Origin: a virus
Taxonomy: Duplodnaviria > Caudoviricetes
Reading direction: 5' to 3' (one strand)
IMG/VR virus record: IMGVR_UViG_3300016659_000057
Coordinates: 19,446 to 83,445 of that record
Length of the DNA stretch: 64,000 nt
Made by a program: the position numbers and the translations under genes. Shown piece by piece: positions 18,117 through 28,094 of this stretch. Position 1 is the first letter of the stretch, and each line of letters opens with the position of its first letter. The notes beneath the pieces are model-generated. The model was not told where the DNA came from and did no database searches. It saw only the letters and a program-made list of their open reading frames with translations.

Positions 18117-18868
18117 CGGGCCTCCTTATGTCGAAGAATTAAACGGGTGCGCTGCAGCCATGGCCCGCCATAGACAATCACCTCTGACGGTCGGCCATAC
18201 AAATGATGCAGCACGAAGGGGCCGGGGCCGAAGACGCCAGACTCTTCACCGGGCAGAGCTGGGTCAGTACCCAAGTAAATCCCAGCATGGTTCGGGTGAG
18301 CGGTGCGGCCTACCTCCATCACGATCATGTCGCCGCGCTGAGGGCTGTCGACCTGTTCAAAGCCGGCGGAGGCGTAGTTCGCCTCATAAAGACTGGTGCT
18401 GTCTGCGCTCTCCCACCAGCCATCGGCGCGCTGGAAGGCTTCGAACCCCAAGCCCCATTGCCGCTGATACCAGTCGGCACAGACCTGCCAGCAGTCCCAC
18501 GCGCCATGCACAAACGGTCTCTTGAGCAACGGCGTGCTGCCGGTGGGCGTGATGGTGCGAAGGTCGCCTTCTGGCCATGACAGGATGTGCCATGGCAAGG
18601 ACGTTGCCTCGCACATCGCCAGGTCTCTCGATGAGGGGCGACTGGTGGCGTCCGGGTGCGAGTGGACAATGCCAATCACCTCGCCCTGGTCTTCCGCCGC
18701 AGCGTAGTCCTCTGGTTCCAGCCTGAACTCTTCGTTCGGCTCGGTGGCGATGTTCCGGCACGGGAAGTACTTCTGCGCCCGGCCCACGGCCAGCACCAGG
18801 CCGCAGCACTCTTTCGGATACTCGGCCGCCGCATGCGCCTGGATGGCCGCAATAATGTGTTTGCGCAT
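18113..18868 (-). CDS. Tail assembly protein K (JAB + NlpC/P60)
   Basis: YPKECCG, HSHPD, DCW, HAGIYLG motifs. Confidence 0.9.
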   Translation of the reverse strand: MRKHIIAAIQAHAAAEYPKECCGLVLAVGRAQKYFPCRNIATEPNEEFRLEPEDYAAAEDQGEVIGIVHSHPDATSRPSSRDLAMCEATSLPWHILSWPEGDLRTITPTGSTPLLKRPFVHGAWDCWQVCADWYQRQWGLGFEAFQRADGWWESADSTSLYEANYASAGFEQVDSPQRGDMIVMEVGRTAHPNHAGIYLGTDPALPGEESGVFGPGPFVLHHLYGRPSEVIVYGGPWLQRTRLILRHKEAR

Positions 18869-18871
18869 TCT

Positions 18872-19621
18872 TCAGCTCCGAGCAATGAGTGAAACAGCGG
18901 GGAAACCCCCGAATGGCAAAGGGTTGCCCTCACCGAAGCGCGGGATGCAGCCCTTGCCAAGGGTGGCGTCGCACTCGTCTAGTTCGGGATTGTCAGTGAC
19001 TACCCCGTCCTTCGTGACGTAGGGGCCGGTGTATCCGCAATTGGGGCCTCGGTAGCCGCCGGTTAGACACCAATGGCATAGCGTGGTCATCTGCCGCCCG
19101 ATAGTTTCGCCGCCGACGTCGCCCGGGCTAGCCAAGTCCCAACTTACAGTTTCGCCGTCCTCATTGGTCTTTTGGTCGACGTACCAGACCTCAATCGATT
19201 CCTGAGTAGGGTCCGCCGTAGGGTTGCCGCCTTCGAAGTTCACAGCGTCCAGGTATTCTGCCAGCGTGTTTCGAATGGTCAGCTTGAACTCGAGCAGATC
19301 CTCGAAGGCCAGGCAGAGGGCGGTGATTCGCCCGTTGACGTTGCCGACCGACAGCTTGGGCCGTACCGCGGTGCCGTCGCCATTCGCCTCGCTGCCCTCG
19401 TACTGCATGGGCCAGGCGCCGTACTCTTCACCCTTCCACCAAATCGACTTGGCCGGCAACTGGTCAGCATTGCCGCCGGCGGCGATCAGTTCTGCAGGCG
19501 TATGCGGGATAGCGTGGCCATGGAAGCGCAGAACATCGGCGCCGTAGTCGCTGCCGTCCAGTTCGAACAGCATGACTTCATTCCCAGGCTCAAGAGTCTG
19601 GATAGCATTGATCAGCGACAT
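18872..19621 (-). CDS. Minor tail protein L
   Basis: C-terminal Cys cluster CHW...YRGPNCGY...C..RFG. Confidence 0.9.
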   Translation of the reverse strand: MSLINAIQTLEPGNEVMLFELDGSDYGADVLRFHGHAIPHTPAELIAAGGNADQLPAKSIWWKGEEYGAWPMQYEGSEANGDGTAVRPKLSVGNVNGRITALCLAFEDLLEFKLTIRNTLAEYLDAVNFEGGNPTADPTQESIEVWYVDQKTNEDGETVSWDLASPGDVGGETIGRQMTTLCHWCLTGGYRGPNCGYTGPYVTKDGVVTDNPELDECDATLGKGCIPRFGEGNPLPFGGFPAVSLIARS

Positions 19622-19631
19622 GGATTGACCT

Positions 19632-19970
19632 TTACGGGTGGAAGGCGCGTTCGAATGTCGCCGTCACTTTGAATACGCCCCCACCCATAGGGGTCGGGGT
19701 TGGGTTTTTGCAGGTGAACAGGCCAAGCTGGCCCAATGGCGTAGTCCACAGGAAGGCCTTCGCGCCTTTGTGCCTGTCGAAGAACTCCATTATTTTCAGC
19801 GCCGTGGATGTGGTACCGGTATGCGTGACGGGGTAGGCATCCTCTTTGTTGTTTGGCCCGTCTCCGACCGTTTGCTTATATCCCCCACCGAATCGAGATT
19901 CTCGGGTTCTATATTCAATCGTGGGCGCCTCCCCGTGCTGGGTGGGCCAGGTGAACGTTTCAATCGCCAT
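19632..19970 (-). CDS. Minor tail protein M
   Basis: FGGGYKQ...GPNN, FLWTTP, ATFE motifs. Confidence 0.88.
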   Translation of the reverse strand: MAIETFTWPTQHGEAPTIEYRTRESRFGGGYKQTVGDGPNNKEDAYPVTHTGTTSTALKIMEFFDRHKGAKAFLWTTPLGQLGLFTCKNPTPTPMGGGVFKVTATFERAFHP

Positions 19971-19972
19971 GG

Positions 19973-22900
19973 TTACCTCCCGTTGATAGCTCGCCAGATA
20001 TTCCCGCCAGGCTGTACGCCGCGGGCGATGGCCGCCTCTGCTTCCGCTCTGGTTACCTGCTGGACATTCCGTCCGGCCTGCGTTGTGTCTTCCTGCGTTG
20101 CGTTACCGCCAGCGCCTGCCGTTTGCACGGAAACCGATACGGGGAAGTTGTAGGTGTTGCCACCGCCTCCCCCGCCACCACCACCGCCCAGCGCGCGGAC
20201 ACCAAGTTCGCCGCCGGCTGTCCTGGTCAGCGGCATGATCGCCTCTGGCCCGGCTTCGGCGAAGATGCCCGCGCCCTTGGCGAACGCAAACATTTTCGGC
20301 TTGTCGTGCACCTGGTTGCTGAAGCTCGACAGGCTTGGCGAGTCGTACACACCGCCCTTGGCGTTGGCGGTGATAGCGCCGCCCATGTCGGCACCGAAGC
20401 TGGTCGTGCCTGCCCCAGCGCCGCCGCCAAACCAGGCCCCTATTGCGCTGCCAGCAATACTGGACAGCAGGCCAGACGCTGCTTGCCGAGTGGCGATACG
20501 GGCCATATCGGCGATGATCGACTTGGTGAAGTCCGAGAACGAAAGTTTGCCTGTGACAGCAAAATTCGCGACTGCGTCCTCCATGCCGGAGAAGGCATTG
20601 GTGAACAGACTTTTCGTCTGGCCGGCCACATCGTTGGCAGACTGCAGGTAGTTCTGGAAAGCAGAAGAGGCTCCGCTACGCCAGTCACCCTGCGCCTCCG
20701 ACATCTTGTCGTAGTTGTCGACCACCGTGTCGCGGTACTTCCTTTCCGCATCTTCAAGGCTGGCCAGGTCGCGCATGTAGTCTTCCTGGCTGTACTTATC
20801 AGGCGCGGTCTTGCGGCGATCCAATAGTTTGGCGCGCTCGTCGTTGAACTTGTCCGTGGTTGCGTCGAGGCTGGCTTGCAGGCCCGCCTGGCGGTCTCCA
20901 AGACCTAGCCCGTTCGCTGCGCGGGAGCCGGCAGCTTCCAGTGCGGCCCGCTGACGCTCCAGCTGGCTGACGTAAGCCTCCGAGGCGGCCGTCAGTTGCT
21001 CCAGGCGGCCTTTTTCGTTCGTTGCAATGACGGTCAGCTGGCTGTCAGCATCCTTCTGAGCCTTGACCATCCCCTGCCGTGCATCGGCGATCTTTTGGTC
21101 CAGCTGGATACTCTGAGCCGCCGTTGTGCCTTTCTTGGCCTTGGCTGCCTCCAATGCATCGATCTCAGCCTGGTACGCGGCCGTCACATCGTCCTTTTCC
21201 TGGTTGATCAGGGTCGACCGTTGCTTTGCGTAGTCCGACAGCGAAACCACGCCAGCCTTCTGCTGCGCCTCCAGTTCCTTCTGGGCGTTTCGGTAGTCAG
21301 TGACGATGTCGGATAGGTTGTTTTTGGCGTTGTTGAAGCTGGTCAGGTCGACTTGGGTACCGGCAACCTTCGGGTCTTTATTCTTGTCCTGAATCCCTTT
21401 CAGGAGCGTGTCGTAGGCCCCGCCAGAGAACTTACCGCCGTCGTAATTGACACCATCGAGAAGCGGGGACTTCTGACCTGTTTTCTCAGCGTTCTCGTAC
21501 AACGTTCTGAACTGCTGATTCAGCTTGTCCTGAGCCGCCTTACGCTTGTTCAGCGGATTGATGTTGTCGAGCTGAGCGTCCAGCGCTTTCTGAGCCTCAA
21601 TGGCCTTCTGGTTCGCGTCAGTGTTTTCACCGGTAGCGATTGCCAAATTAGAGCTGGCCGCCTGCCTGGCTTTCAGAGCTGCAAGTTTCTTTTCCAGAGC
21701 CTCGGTCGAGTCGTCATGCTCGCCGGCGCCCAGGTCCAGTGCGGTGTTGAGCGAGCTGAGTCCATTGGAAATGGCACCAGCCACCCCTCCGCCTTTGCGC
21801 GTATCAAGCACGCGTTGGGTGATCTCGATCTGCTTGGCCAGGTCGGGGAAAATCTCCGACCGGACTTCGGCGTATGCGCCTTTGATAGCGGTCTTGATTT
21901 TGTCCCAGTCGCGCTCTACGTCGGATAGCGACTCGCGGTAGGTCTTCAGCCGCGCGAGTGCTGTCTGATTCAGGTCTTCGCTGAGCACATCCAGCGCGCG
22001 CTGACTGTCGCCTTGGTCGTCCAGCCCCTTGATCACCTGGTACTGCTCAAGGGTCAGCAGCCCGTACTGGCTGCTGATCTTGCCTGCCGCTTCGGTGGCC
22101 GTTTGGCCGGCAGTGGCAAAAGACTTGGCAAGTTCGCCGGCGCCCTGCCCGGTAACCTCGCTGACTGCGGCTGCAGCTTCAGCCAGATTGCGCATCTGGG
22201 TGCCACTGGTAGCGGCTCCGGATGCAAGCGAAACAACTGCTTCGCGCGCGCCGTACAGGTTTCCGGTGACACGCCCAGCGCCGTCGGCCATATCCTTCAG
22301 GCTGGCAATAGTTTGCCCCGCGCCATTCGTGCCGCCATTGATCGCAGCATTGAACTCTCGCGCCTGCTTCATCGCATCGAAGTAGGCATAGCCAAGCGAA
22401 CCGATTACAGCGACCAGCAGTCCGGCAGGAATCAGCATCCCTGCCAAGCTTTTCGCCGATTCCCCGGCGCCAGCACCCAATTGAGCGATCGCGCGCGCCC
22501 CGCTGCCCAGATCGCCCGACTGCAGGGCGTTGGCAAGCTGCATTACGTTCTCTTGGGCCTGGCGAGTGCCGAGCTTCAATTTGTCGAACGCAGTCTCCGT
22601 CGCGGTCAACCCGGCACGGTCCTTACCGATCTTGGCCAAGGCATCTTGGTATCGTTCGGCGTCTATCTGACCTGTTTTGTGCAGGTCGTTTAGCGCTTTC
22701 TCTTGGGACTCCAACTTCGCCAGCTTGGCGGTCACTGGGTCAATCCCGTTAACGGTGCGTTTCAGCGCCTCAATCTGGCGGTTTTCGGCCTCAATCAGCT
22801 TCTGTTTCTGCGCCAACTCCTTGGCTTCGGCCTTCTCGATTTTGTCGTAGGCCTTGCCCAACTGATCTTGATACTTGGCCTGATCTTCGATAGTGACCAA

Positions 22901-23275
22901 GCCGCCTTTTCGAGCGCGCTCCAACAACCCCTCTGCCCGCACTAAGGATTCAATGCTGTCGATATTGCCCGTCATCGCCTTGTCGAGTTGGCTGATAACG
23001 GTTATCTCTGCGGCGGCGCTTTCAGTCGCTTTGCGGTTTGCACCGGACCTGCGATCTATCGCGGCAGTGGACTTATCAACGCCCTGGGCTACTTCATTTT
23101 CTGCCTGAGTGATCTTCTTGCCCGTGTTGGCCAGGCCTTCACCAGTCTTGCCTAGGTCGTCGATTGCCTTCTGTGCACCTTCTGCCGAGTCGACCAATTT
23201 ATCCAGGTCGTCAGCGGCCTTTGCTGCTTGCGAGGACTCAACGGCGATGCCCAGGGAGGCGAAGTTGGTGCTCAT
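19973..23275 (-). CDS. Tail tape measure protein
   Basis: 1100-aa Ala-rich helical ORF in canonical position. Confidence 0.93.
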   Translation of the reverse strand: MSTNFASLGIAVESSQAAKAADDLDKLVDSAEGAQKAIDDLGKTGEGLANTGKKITQAENEVAQGVDKSTAAIDRRSGANRKATESAAAEITVISQLDKAMTGNIDSIESLVRAEGLLERARKGGLVTIEDQAKYQDQLGKAYDKIEKAEAKELAQKQKLIEAENRQIEALKRTVNGIDPVTAKLAKLESQEKALNDLHKTGQIDAERYQDALAKIGKDRAGLTATETAFDKLKLGTRQAQENVMQLANALQSGDLGSGARAIAQLGAGAGESAKSLAGMLIPAGLLVAVIGSLGYAYFDAMKQAREFNAAINGGTNGAGQTIASLKDMADGAGRVTGNLYGAREAVVSLASGAATSGTQMRNLAEAAAAVSEVTGQGAGELAKSFATAGQTATEAAGKISSQYGLLTLEQYQVIKGLDDQGDSQRALDVLSEDLNQTALARLKTYRESLSDVERDWDKIKTAIKGAYAEVRSEIFPDLAKQIEITQRVLDTRKGGGVAGAISNGLSSLNTALDLGAGEHDDSTEALEKKLAALKARQAASSNLAIATGENTDANQKAIEAQKALDAQLDNINPLNKRKAAQDKLNQQFRTLYENAEKTGQKSPLLDGVNYDGGKFSGGAYDTLLKGIQDKNKDPKVAGTQVDLTSFNNAKNNLSDIVTDYRNAQKELEAQQKAGVVSLSDYAKQRSTLINQEKDDVTAAYQAEIDALEAAKAKKGTTAAQSIQLDQKIADARQGMVKAQKDADSQLTVIATNEKGRLEQLTAASEAYVSQLERQRAALEAAGSRAANGLGLGDRQAGLQASLDATTDKFNDERAKLLDRRKTAPDKYSQEDYMRDLASLEDAERKYRDTVVDNYDKMSEAQGDWRSGASSAFQNYLQSANDVAGQTKSLFTNAFSGMEDAVANFAVTGKLSFSDFTKSIIADMARIATRQAASGLLSSIAGSAIGAWFGGGAGAGTTSFGADMGGAITANAKGGVYDSPSLSSFSNQVHDKPKMFAFAKGAGIFAEAGPEAIMPLTRTAGGELGVRALGGGGGGGGGGNTYNFPVSVSVQTAGAGGNATQEDTTQAGRNVQQVTRAEAEAAIARGVQPGGNIWRAINGR

Positions 23276-23287
23276 TATTTTTCTCCG

Positions 23288-23316
23288 GGCAATAAAAAAC
23301 CCGCCGGAGCGGGTTT
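23288..23316 (-). terminator. Intrinsic terminator upstream of tape measure gene
   Basis: ACCCGCT-CCG-GCGGG-TTTTTTATTGCC. Confidence 0.65.
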
Positions 23317-23330
23317 GTGAAGGTGTTTAT

Positions 23331-23741
23331 TTAGTGCTGATTAAAATATCCGAAAGCCACAACAGCTATTCCCAACAACAAAACGAGAATAGTTCGGTGG
23401 CTTCTCATAGGCCCATACACAGAGTCGTGCGCAGCCTTTGCTTCAGCGTCAGTGATTGGCGTCAGATCGCTTCCGCAGTGCTTGCACTTGGATGCCTGCA
23501 TTTTTACAAACTCTGAGCAGCTAGGGCAGGCCCTCTCCCCGCTAGAGTTGACGAGAAGTCCCTTCTTGATAGGCGAAGATTTTTCTGGGGCTGGCTTGAT
23601 TATTAGATAAATGACCAGGCCAAGAACAGGAAAGAAAATTCCCACCAAAAACCCTTCGAAAGCCGACCTGTTCTTCGAGTTTGCCGCCACGGCCGTGAGT
23701 CCGGCAACAATGAGCCAACCCAGAACGATAACCTGTGACAT
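23331..23741 (-). CDS. Moron: membrane protein with Zn-ribbon
   Basis: Two N-terminal TMs, CPSC...CKHC, C-terminal TM. Confidence 0.75.
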   Translation of the reverse strand: MSQVIVLGWLIVAGLTAVAANSKNRSAFEGFLVGIFFPVLGLVIYLIIKPAPEKSSPIKKGLLVNSSGERACPSCSEFVKMQASKCKHCGSDLTPITDAEAKAAHDSVYGPMRSHRTILVLLLGIAVVAFGYFNQH

Positions 23742-23761
23742 ATCAACTTCTCCTTAGATAC

Positions 23762-24184
23762 CTAGAAGCTGCTCGGCTGCACGGCTATCGACCCACCACC
23801 AGCGGGAAGGAAAACTCTGAATTTCTTTTGCTGGCCCTGCTTCAAAACTACTGACGTTTCCATTCGCTCGGGGTTCGCTGCGCAAAGTGCCGAACCATCC
23901 AATGCGGCGCCTAACAACCACTCACCGGAAGGCACCTGGAAGACAGCCTTCTCGCCGGTGTCCAGCTTTGCCACGGGAGTACCATTTAGGAAGATGGTCG
24001 CGAAGCAGCCGCCGCCGAGAAACCCTGTGTCTCTCGTCACGATTAGCGAACTACCACCAGACACCGGCTTTTGGTAGCCGCTTACCCTTTCGGATGGCGC
24101 TGTGCGAGCCTTGTCGGACGGAACTGGTGAAGTCGCACAACCAGCCAGCAACGCTACCGCCAGAGCACCTACGAATAATTTCAT
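23762..24184 (-). CDS. Moron: lipoprotein
   Basis: MKLFVGALAVALLAG-C lipobox. Confidence 0.8.
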   Translation of the reverse strand: MKLFVGALAVALLAGCATSPVPSDKARTAPSERVSGYQKPVSGGSSLIVTRDTGFLGGGCFATIFLNGTPVAKLDTGEKAVFQVPSGEWLLGAALDGSALCAANPERMETSVVLKQGQQKKFRVFLPAGGGSIAVQPSSF

Positions 24185-24384
24185 GTCGTTCCCTCGTTGA
24201 GATATTGCGGGACTTTATCATCAACGAGAGAGCAACACGAAAGCCCCGCATGGGAGGGGTTCTTCCGGCTCGTATCGGTAAGCAGCTGGCCAGGCATCCA
24301 GCGTGGATGGAATGCCAGTAACTGGGGTGTTCGTCGGCGTAGTAGCTTTGTGCCTCCCCCCAAAGCCCAAAGAAAGGAATCACA

Positions 24385-24645
24385 ATGGCACTTTTTACTG
24401 AAGAATCATTGCAACACCTTGAAAAAACCACACCAACATTACTTGGCGGAGCGCCATGGAATTCATCATTCGGGCCTGGCGAGAAAGTTCTCGCTTCAGG
24501 AATTTACCGATGTGAGGGCTGTGGTGATGAAATCACCTCAAACAAAGGCGACCCATTCCCGCCCCAGAATAAGCATCAGCATCCTGGGACTTTCGGAAAA
24601 GCTGTCGAGTGGCGCTTGATAGTGCAGACGCAAACGCAAGCCTAA
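24385..24645 (+). CDS. Small metal-binding protein (YjzC-like)
   Basis: PGEKVLASGIYRCEGCG...FPP...H.H...W.L pattern; AAGGA RBS. Confidence 0.7.
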   Translation: MALFTEESLQHLEKTTPTLLGGAPWNSSFGPGEKVLASGIYRCEGCGDEITSNKGDPFPPQNKHQHPGTFGKAVEWRLIVQTQTQA

Positions 24646-24725
24646 AGGATTTCCCAGTCCTTCGCCTACAAGCCCAAGGACTGGGATAGCGCCAATATCG
24701 GCGCGCTTATGACCTGGAGGTCAAT

Positions 24726-24923
24726 GTGGCTCTTATACTCAACAACCTAAGCCTGTCCCGTCACAACACCCCACCAACCGCCCAGTTGCATCTGGGTGAC
24801 GCGGATGGCTGTGCGGTGATCGTCAACATAAAACTAGAAGGAAAGCCAGTCGACGAGTTCTCGCTTAAGGAAATGACAAACCTTGGCCTTGAGGCTGCCA
24901 AGCATCTCACGCACCAGGTTTGA
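24726..24923 (+). CDS. 65-aa hypothetical protein
   Basis: GGAGG RBS, preceded by 11-bp inverted repeat 24652..24686. Confidence 0.55.
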   Translation: MALILNNLSLSRHNTPPTAQLHLGDADGCAVIVNIKLEGKPVDEFSLKEMTNLGLEAAKHLTHQV

Positions 24924-25140
24924 TAGACGCCTGAAGCGAATCAATACGCGCTGCGAGTGCCGTGTCGGCATTGGCTCTCGCAGCCGCTTCACCGTGAACC
25001 TGAACGCTCAAGGTAGACACAGACCGAGACAGAACCTGAACTCTATCATCGCTGATGCGAACCATCCCGGCCGTGCTTTCGCCGATCATGGATTCGTTGA
25101 TGTAAAGCTGCCCGTCAACAATGGCAAAAGGCTTATCCAT
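24907..25140 (-). CDS. 77-aa protein resembling segments of the J C-terminus
   Basis: KPFAIVDGQLYI and EAAARANADTALAARID match J segments; GGAGA RBS. Confidence 0.6.
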   Translation of the reverse strand: MDKPFAIVDGQLYINESMIGESTAGMVRISDDRVQVLSRSVSTLSVQVHGEAAARANADTALAARIDSLQASIKPGA

Positions 25141-25200
25141 AGGTATCTCCTGCGGCCATGCCGCGTCATGTTGGTTGTTTTGCGTCTTTGTGCCTGAGGA

Positions 25201-25527
25201 TCAGGCGCCCCTCGCACCTTCCCGCTGCTCCGCCATAACACTCAGGGCTTCCGCCTCCATTCGCCTGAAGTCGCTGAAAATGGTTTGTCGCTGGCTGATC
25301 GGTACGCCACACATCCGAATAACCCCGGAGAGAACGCTGTAGTCCATGCCTGTTGCGCCGCACGCGCCTGTGCGCCACTGGGTGCTCATGGCCTCGAAGA
25401 CTTTGAAGGCGTCCCAGTTGTCCGGCCAGATGCCGACCTCCGCGACGTAATCGCCCGCGGTGAAGCCGAAGGCATCCGTGCCCTCTAGCGTTGGCTCATA
25501 GAGCGCGCGTGCAGCGCTTAGGAGTTT
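25201..25527 (-). CDS. Tail assembly chaperone downstream frame (gpT-like, DUF1799-like), reached by -1 frameshift
   Basis: Open frame ...GIWPDNWDAFKVFEAMSTQWR... continuing from slippery site. Confidence 0.75.
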   Translation of the reverse strand, partial: KLLSAARALYEPTLEGTDAFGFTAGDYVAEVGIWPDNWDAFKVFEAMSTQWRTGACGATGMDYSVLSGVIRMCGVPISQRQTIFSDFRRMEAEALSVMAEQREGARGA

Positions 25528-25898
25528 CCCAGGCGGGCCTCATTGAAAGCTTCGGCGTAGGCATTCAGCACGGCCTTCGGCGCTGAGTTGATCGAGTTGA
25601 CGAGGATTCGCACATTTTCAGGCGTAAACTTTTCCTCGATATCCCAGCCAACGACGACGTCAAGCAGCTGGTCCGCCTGCAGATCGATCTGAGCAGCGGT
25701 GAATGCCTTGAGGTCCATGTCCCCTACCTGTTTGCTCAACTCGTCGTGCCGCTCGTTCCAGCCGGTGTACAGCTCGGCGAGCGCTGTGCGGTCCAGGTAT
25801 TTGAACTCGAACTCCACCTTCTCAGCGCTATAACCGGCACGCTGGATCATCACCGGTGCCTTGAAGGTCGGCTTCTGAATCAATTTGAACTTGGCCAT
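25518..25898 (-). CDS. Tail assembly chaperone (gpG-like)
   Basis: Position after tail tube gene; ...VVGWDI...FTPENV. Confidence 0.85.
   Translation of the reverse strand: MAKFKLIQKPTFKAPVMIQRAGYSAEKVEFEFKYLDRTALAELYTGWNERHDELSKQVGDMDLKAFTAAQIDLQADQLLDVVVGWDIEEKFTPENVRILVNSINSAPKAVLNAYAEAFNEARLGNS
25524..25530 (-). other. Programmed -1 frameshift slippery site GGGAAAC
   Basis: X XXY YYZ heptamer three codons before chaperone stop, as in lambda G/GT. Confidence 0.75.
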
Positions 25899-25909
25899 GA
25901 GCTCTCCAA

Positions 25910-26557
25910 TTACGCGGCGTAGCGAATGAATTTAGCGACCACAGCGAAAACGGCGGTCACCGCCATGATGTTGTTCTTGGTCAGCGACGGCACGTTGTCG
26001 AACGAGGCGTAAGCGTTATAGACAATGACTCCACCCGAGGCGAGGTTGATGCGCACTGCGCGCGGCTTCTTGTCGTCGTCAGCTTCCAGCAGTACCTCGT
26101 TGTGAGGTAGCGCCGGATCATCCGCCATGGTCAGCGTGAACGAAAGCGGGGATTTCGACGTCGGGATTTGGTGCTCGTCGTCTTCCTCGAGAAACGAGTA
26201 CGTGACGTTTTGTTGCTCGCCGCCGGACTTGTTCGATTCCGTGACCTGGCTCACAGGCACCCAGGTCAGAATCTTGCGCACCGAACCGCCGCCTGCGCCG
26301 GCGATGAAGCGCGCCGCATTGGCCGTGTTGATCGACTCAAGCACGAACGAGTCAGCGGTCACGGTCTTGATGCGAACAACCCGATTGTTCAGGCGCGCCC
26401 AGCCAGAGGTGACTTCGACAAAATCGCCGACCTCTAGGTCGTGGCCGGCCGACGAAACAACGGCTTCCGTTGCGTTGGTGATCGCGGTAAAAATGATCGG
26501 CGCGTCATACGAGGCGGCGATAGCGGCAGTCGAGCCATTGGGTAGAAAAACGGCCAT
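25910..26557 (-). CDS. Major tail tube protein
   Basis: LPNGST, SGGEQQ...FLE motifs. Confidence 0.85.
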   Translation of the reverse strand: MAVFLPNGSTAAIAASYDAPIIFTAITNATEAVVSSAGHDLEVGDFVEVTSGWARLNNRVVRIKTVTADSFVLESINTANAARFIAGAGGGSVRKILTWVPVSQVTESNKSGGEQQNVTYSFLEEDDEHQIPTSKSPLSFTLTMADDPALPHNEVLLEADDDKKPRAVRINLASGGVIVYNAYASFDNVPSLTKNNIMAVTAVFAVVAKFIRYAA

Positions 26558-26628
26558 TGGTGTTTCCTCTTTTCAGAAATGACAAAACCCGCTCAATGGC
26601 GGGTTCTTGGTTTGCCCAATGGGCGGAA

Positions 26629-27045
26629 TCAGGCGGTGTCGGCTCGATATTCAAACGACACCGGCACAGTGTATGTCGGTGGATCAGACATGCCCGGTCC
26701 AGGATCTACTGGCGACATCGTAACTACGGTGAGGCCGGCCTTTGTATCCCGCGCATACAGCGGGAACAGCGCGGTTAGTTCAGCCACAAGCGGGTTCGTC
26801 TTGGTCTTTCCGGTATTGGCCGGGGCCACAATGCTGACTTGGTAGACGCCGATGAATGCTCGATGGTCGCCGGATAGCGTGCTGCTTGCGGTATCGCCCG
26901 GGAGCATGAACGCCCGCAGATAAGTCTCACCGTCGGCCGGGTCGTACTGGACGTTCTCGAACACAACCTTAATCAGCTCCGCCCTGGCCTTGCTCCAGGC
27001 AATCAGCTTGGCCTCGTAAATGGACGCGATAATGGCGTGGCTCAT
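26629..27045 (-). CDS. Tail terminator-like protein
   Basis: Position; GVYQVSIVAP..G motif. Confidence 0.75.
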   Translation of the reverse strand: MSHAIIASIYEAKLIAWSKARAELIKVVFENVQYDPADGETYLRAFMLPGDTASSTLSGDHRAFIGVYQVSIVAPANTGKTKTNPLVAELTALFPLYARDTKAGLTVVTMSPVDPGPGMSDPPTYTVPVSFEYRADTA

Positions 27046-27698
27046 ACCTGGTTTTTCCTTGTGGCTTCGTCGACGATCTGCTGGAAGCGGGCCAGGGTGA
27101 TCCGGACCATGCCGCCGGGTGCCTGGGTCGAATGCCCATACTCCAGCGGGATGCCATACGGCAGGTTGTTGACGATGTAGGCCGTCTCGCCAGCCGTCAG
27201 TGCCTGGACCTGAAGTCGCAGCTTAGCCAGCGTCACGCCACCAGCCGGATCGACCTGGTCAAGCGTGCCCTCCGCTGGCGTGCCGATGGAAAACTGCCAG
27301 TTCCCCCGAAACCGGCCGCCAACGTAGTCCTTGCCTGCCACCAAGCCGTTCACGTTGAAGTTCTGGTCGCGCTCGGTCTTGGTCAGGGGTTTGGCATATT
27401 TCACGCCGCGCCGCAGCTTGCCGGCCTTGGTGAAGTTTGATTCGTTTAGGTTGATGATCGTGTTACGGGCCGCGACGTTGAAGTCGTAGTCATCGGCGGC
27501 CCGCTTGTTCGCCTGCCGGTGAACGACGTTCGCAGCCCAGATTTCTGGATTGCCCACCGGTGACATGCGGATAACGCTGCTGCCGATCTCGATGACAATC
27601 TCGCGGATGGTTGCGTCGATACCAGCCTGGGCGCGCTCAGCGAAGGCGCGAATGTTCTCGGCAAAGCTGCCGTTCATGCTCGCGTACTTGTTCGCCAT
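27042..27698 (-). CDS. HK97 gp10-like tail completion protein
   Basis: SPVG, GRFRGNWQ, NNLPY...LEYGHS.QAP.GM motifs. Confidence 0.82.
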   Translation of the reverse strand: MANKYASMNGSFAENIRAFAERAQAGIDATIREIVIEIGSSVIRMSPVGNPEIWAANVVHRQANKRAADDYDFNVAARNTIINLNESNFTKAGKLRRGVKYAKPLTKTERDQNFNVNGLVAGKDYVGGRFRGNWQFSIGTPAEGTLDQVDPAGGVTLAKLRLQVQALTAGETAYIVNNLPYGIPLEYGHSTQAPGGMVRITLARFQQIVDEATRKNQV

Positions 27699-27699
27699 A

Positions 27700-28092
27700 T
27701 CACTTCCTCAGTTGCGCTGTCCACGTTGCATCGGCAGGGTCGGCGGATACGTTCATCACCCGCAGACCGTTGACGATATCGCCAATGGCCGGCGCTGCCG
27801 GTACTGCCGTCGGAACGCCGACCTCCGACACGAACAGCTCGTTTTGCAGCACCAGCAGCCTCTTGTCGCTGGTCTGTATGAGGGAGCCGTCAATTTCTTT
27901 GGACAAGTAGCTGCCCAGAACGCCGCGCCCCGAGTACGTCACCGTGGTCTCCGGCGTTTCGCCACCCAAGTCGGGGTCATACTCGCCCGCAACCTTGCGC
28001 ACGCCCGTCACGGGCTTAACCGCGTCGGCCAAGCCGTCAGGATCGTCGAACGCTTCAGCCAGTTCGGCCTGGATCTCTTCGCGCATGCCCAT
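27700..28092 (-). CDS. Head-tail adaptor / head closure protein
   Basis: Position and size. Confidence 0.7.
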   Translation of the reverse strand: MGMREEIQAELAEAFDDPDGLADAVKPVTGVRKVAGEYDPDLGGETPETTVTYSGRGVLGSYLSKEIDGSLIQTSDKRLLVLQNELFVSEVGVPTAVPAAPAIGDIVNGLRVMNVSADPADATWTAQLRK

Positions 28093-28094
28093 GA

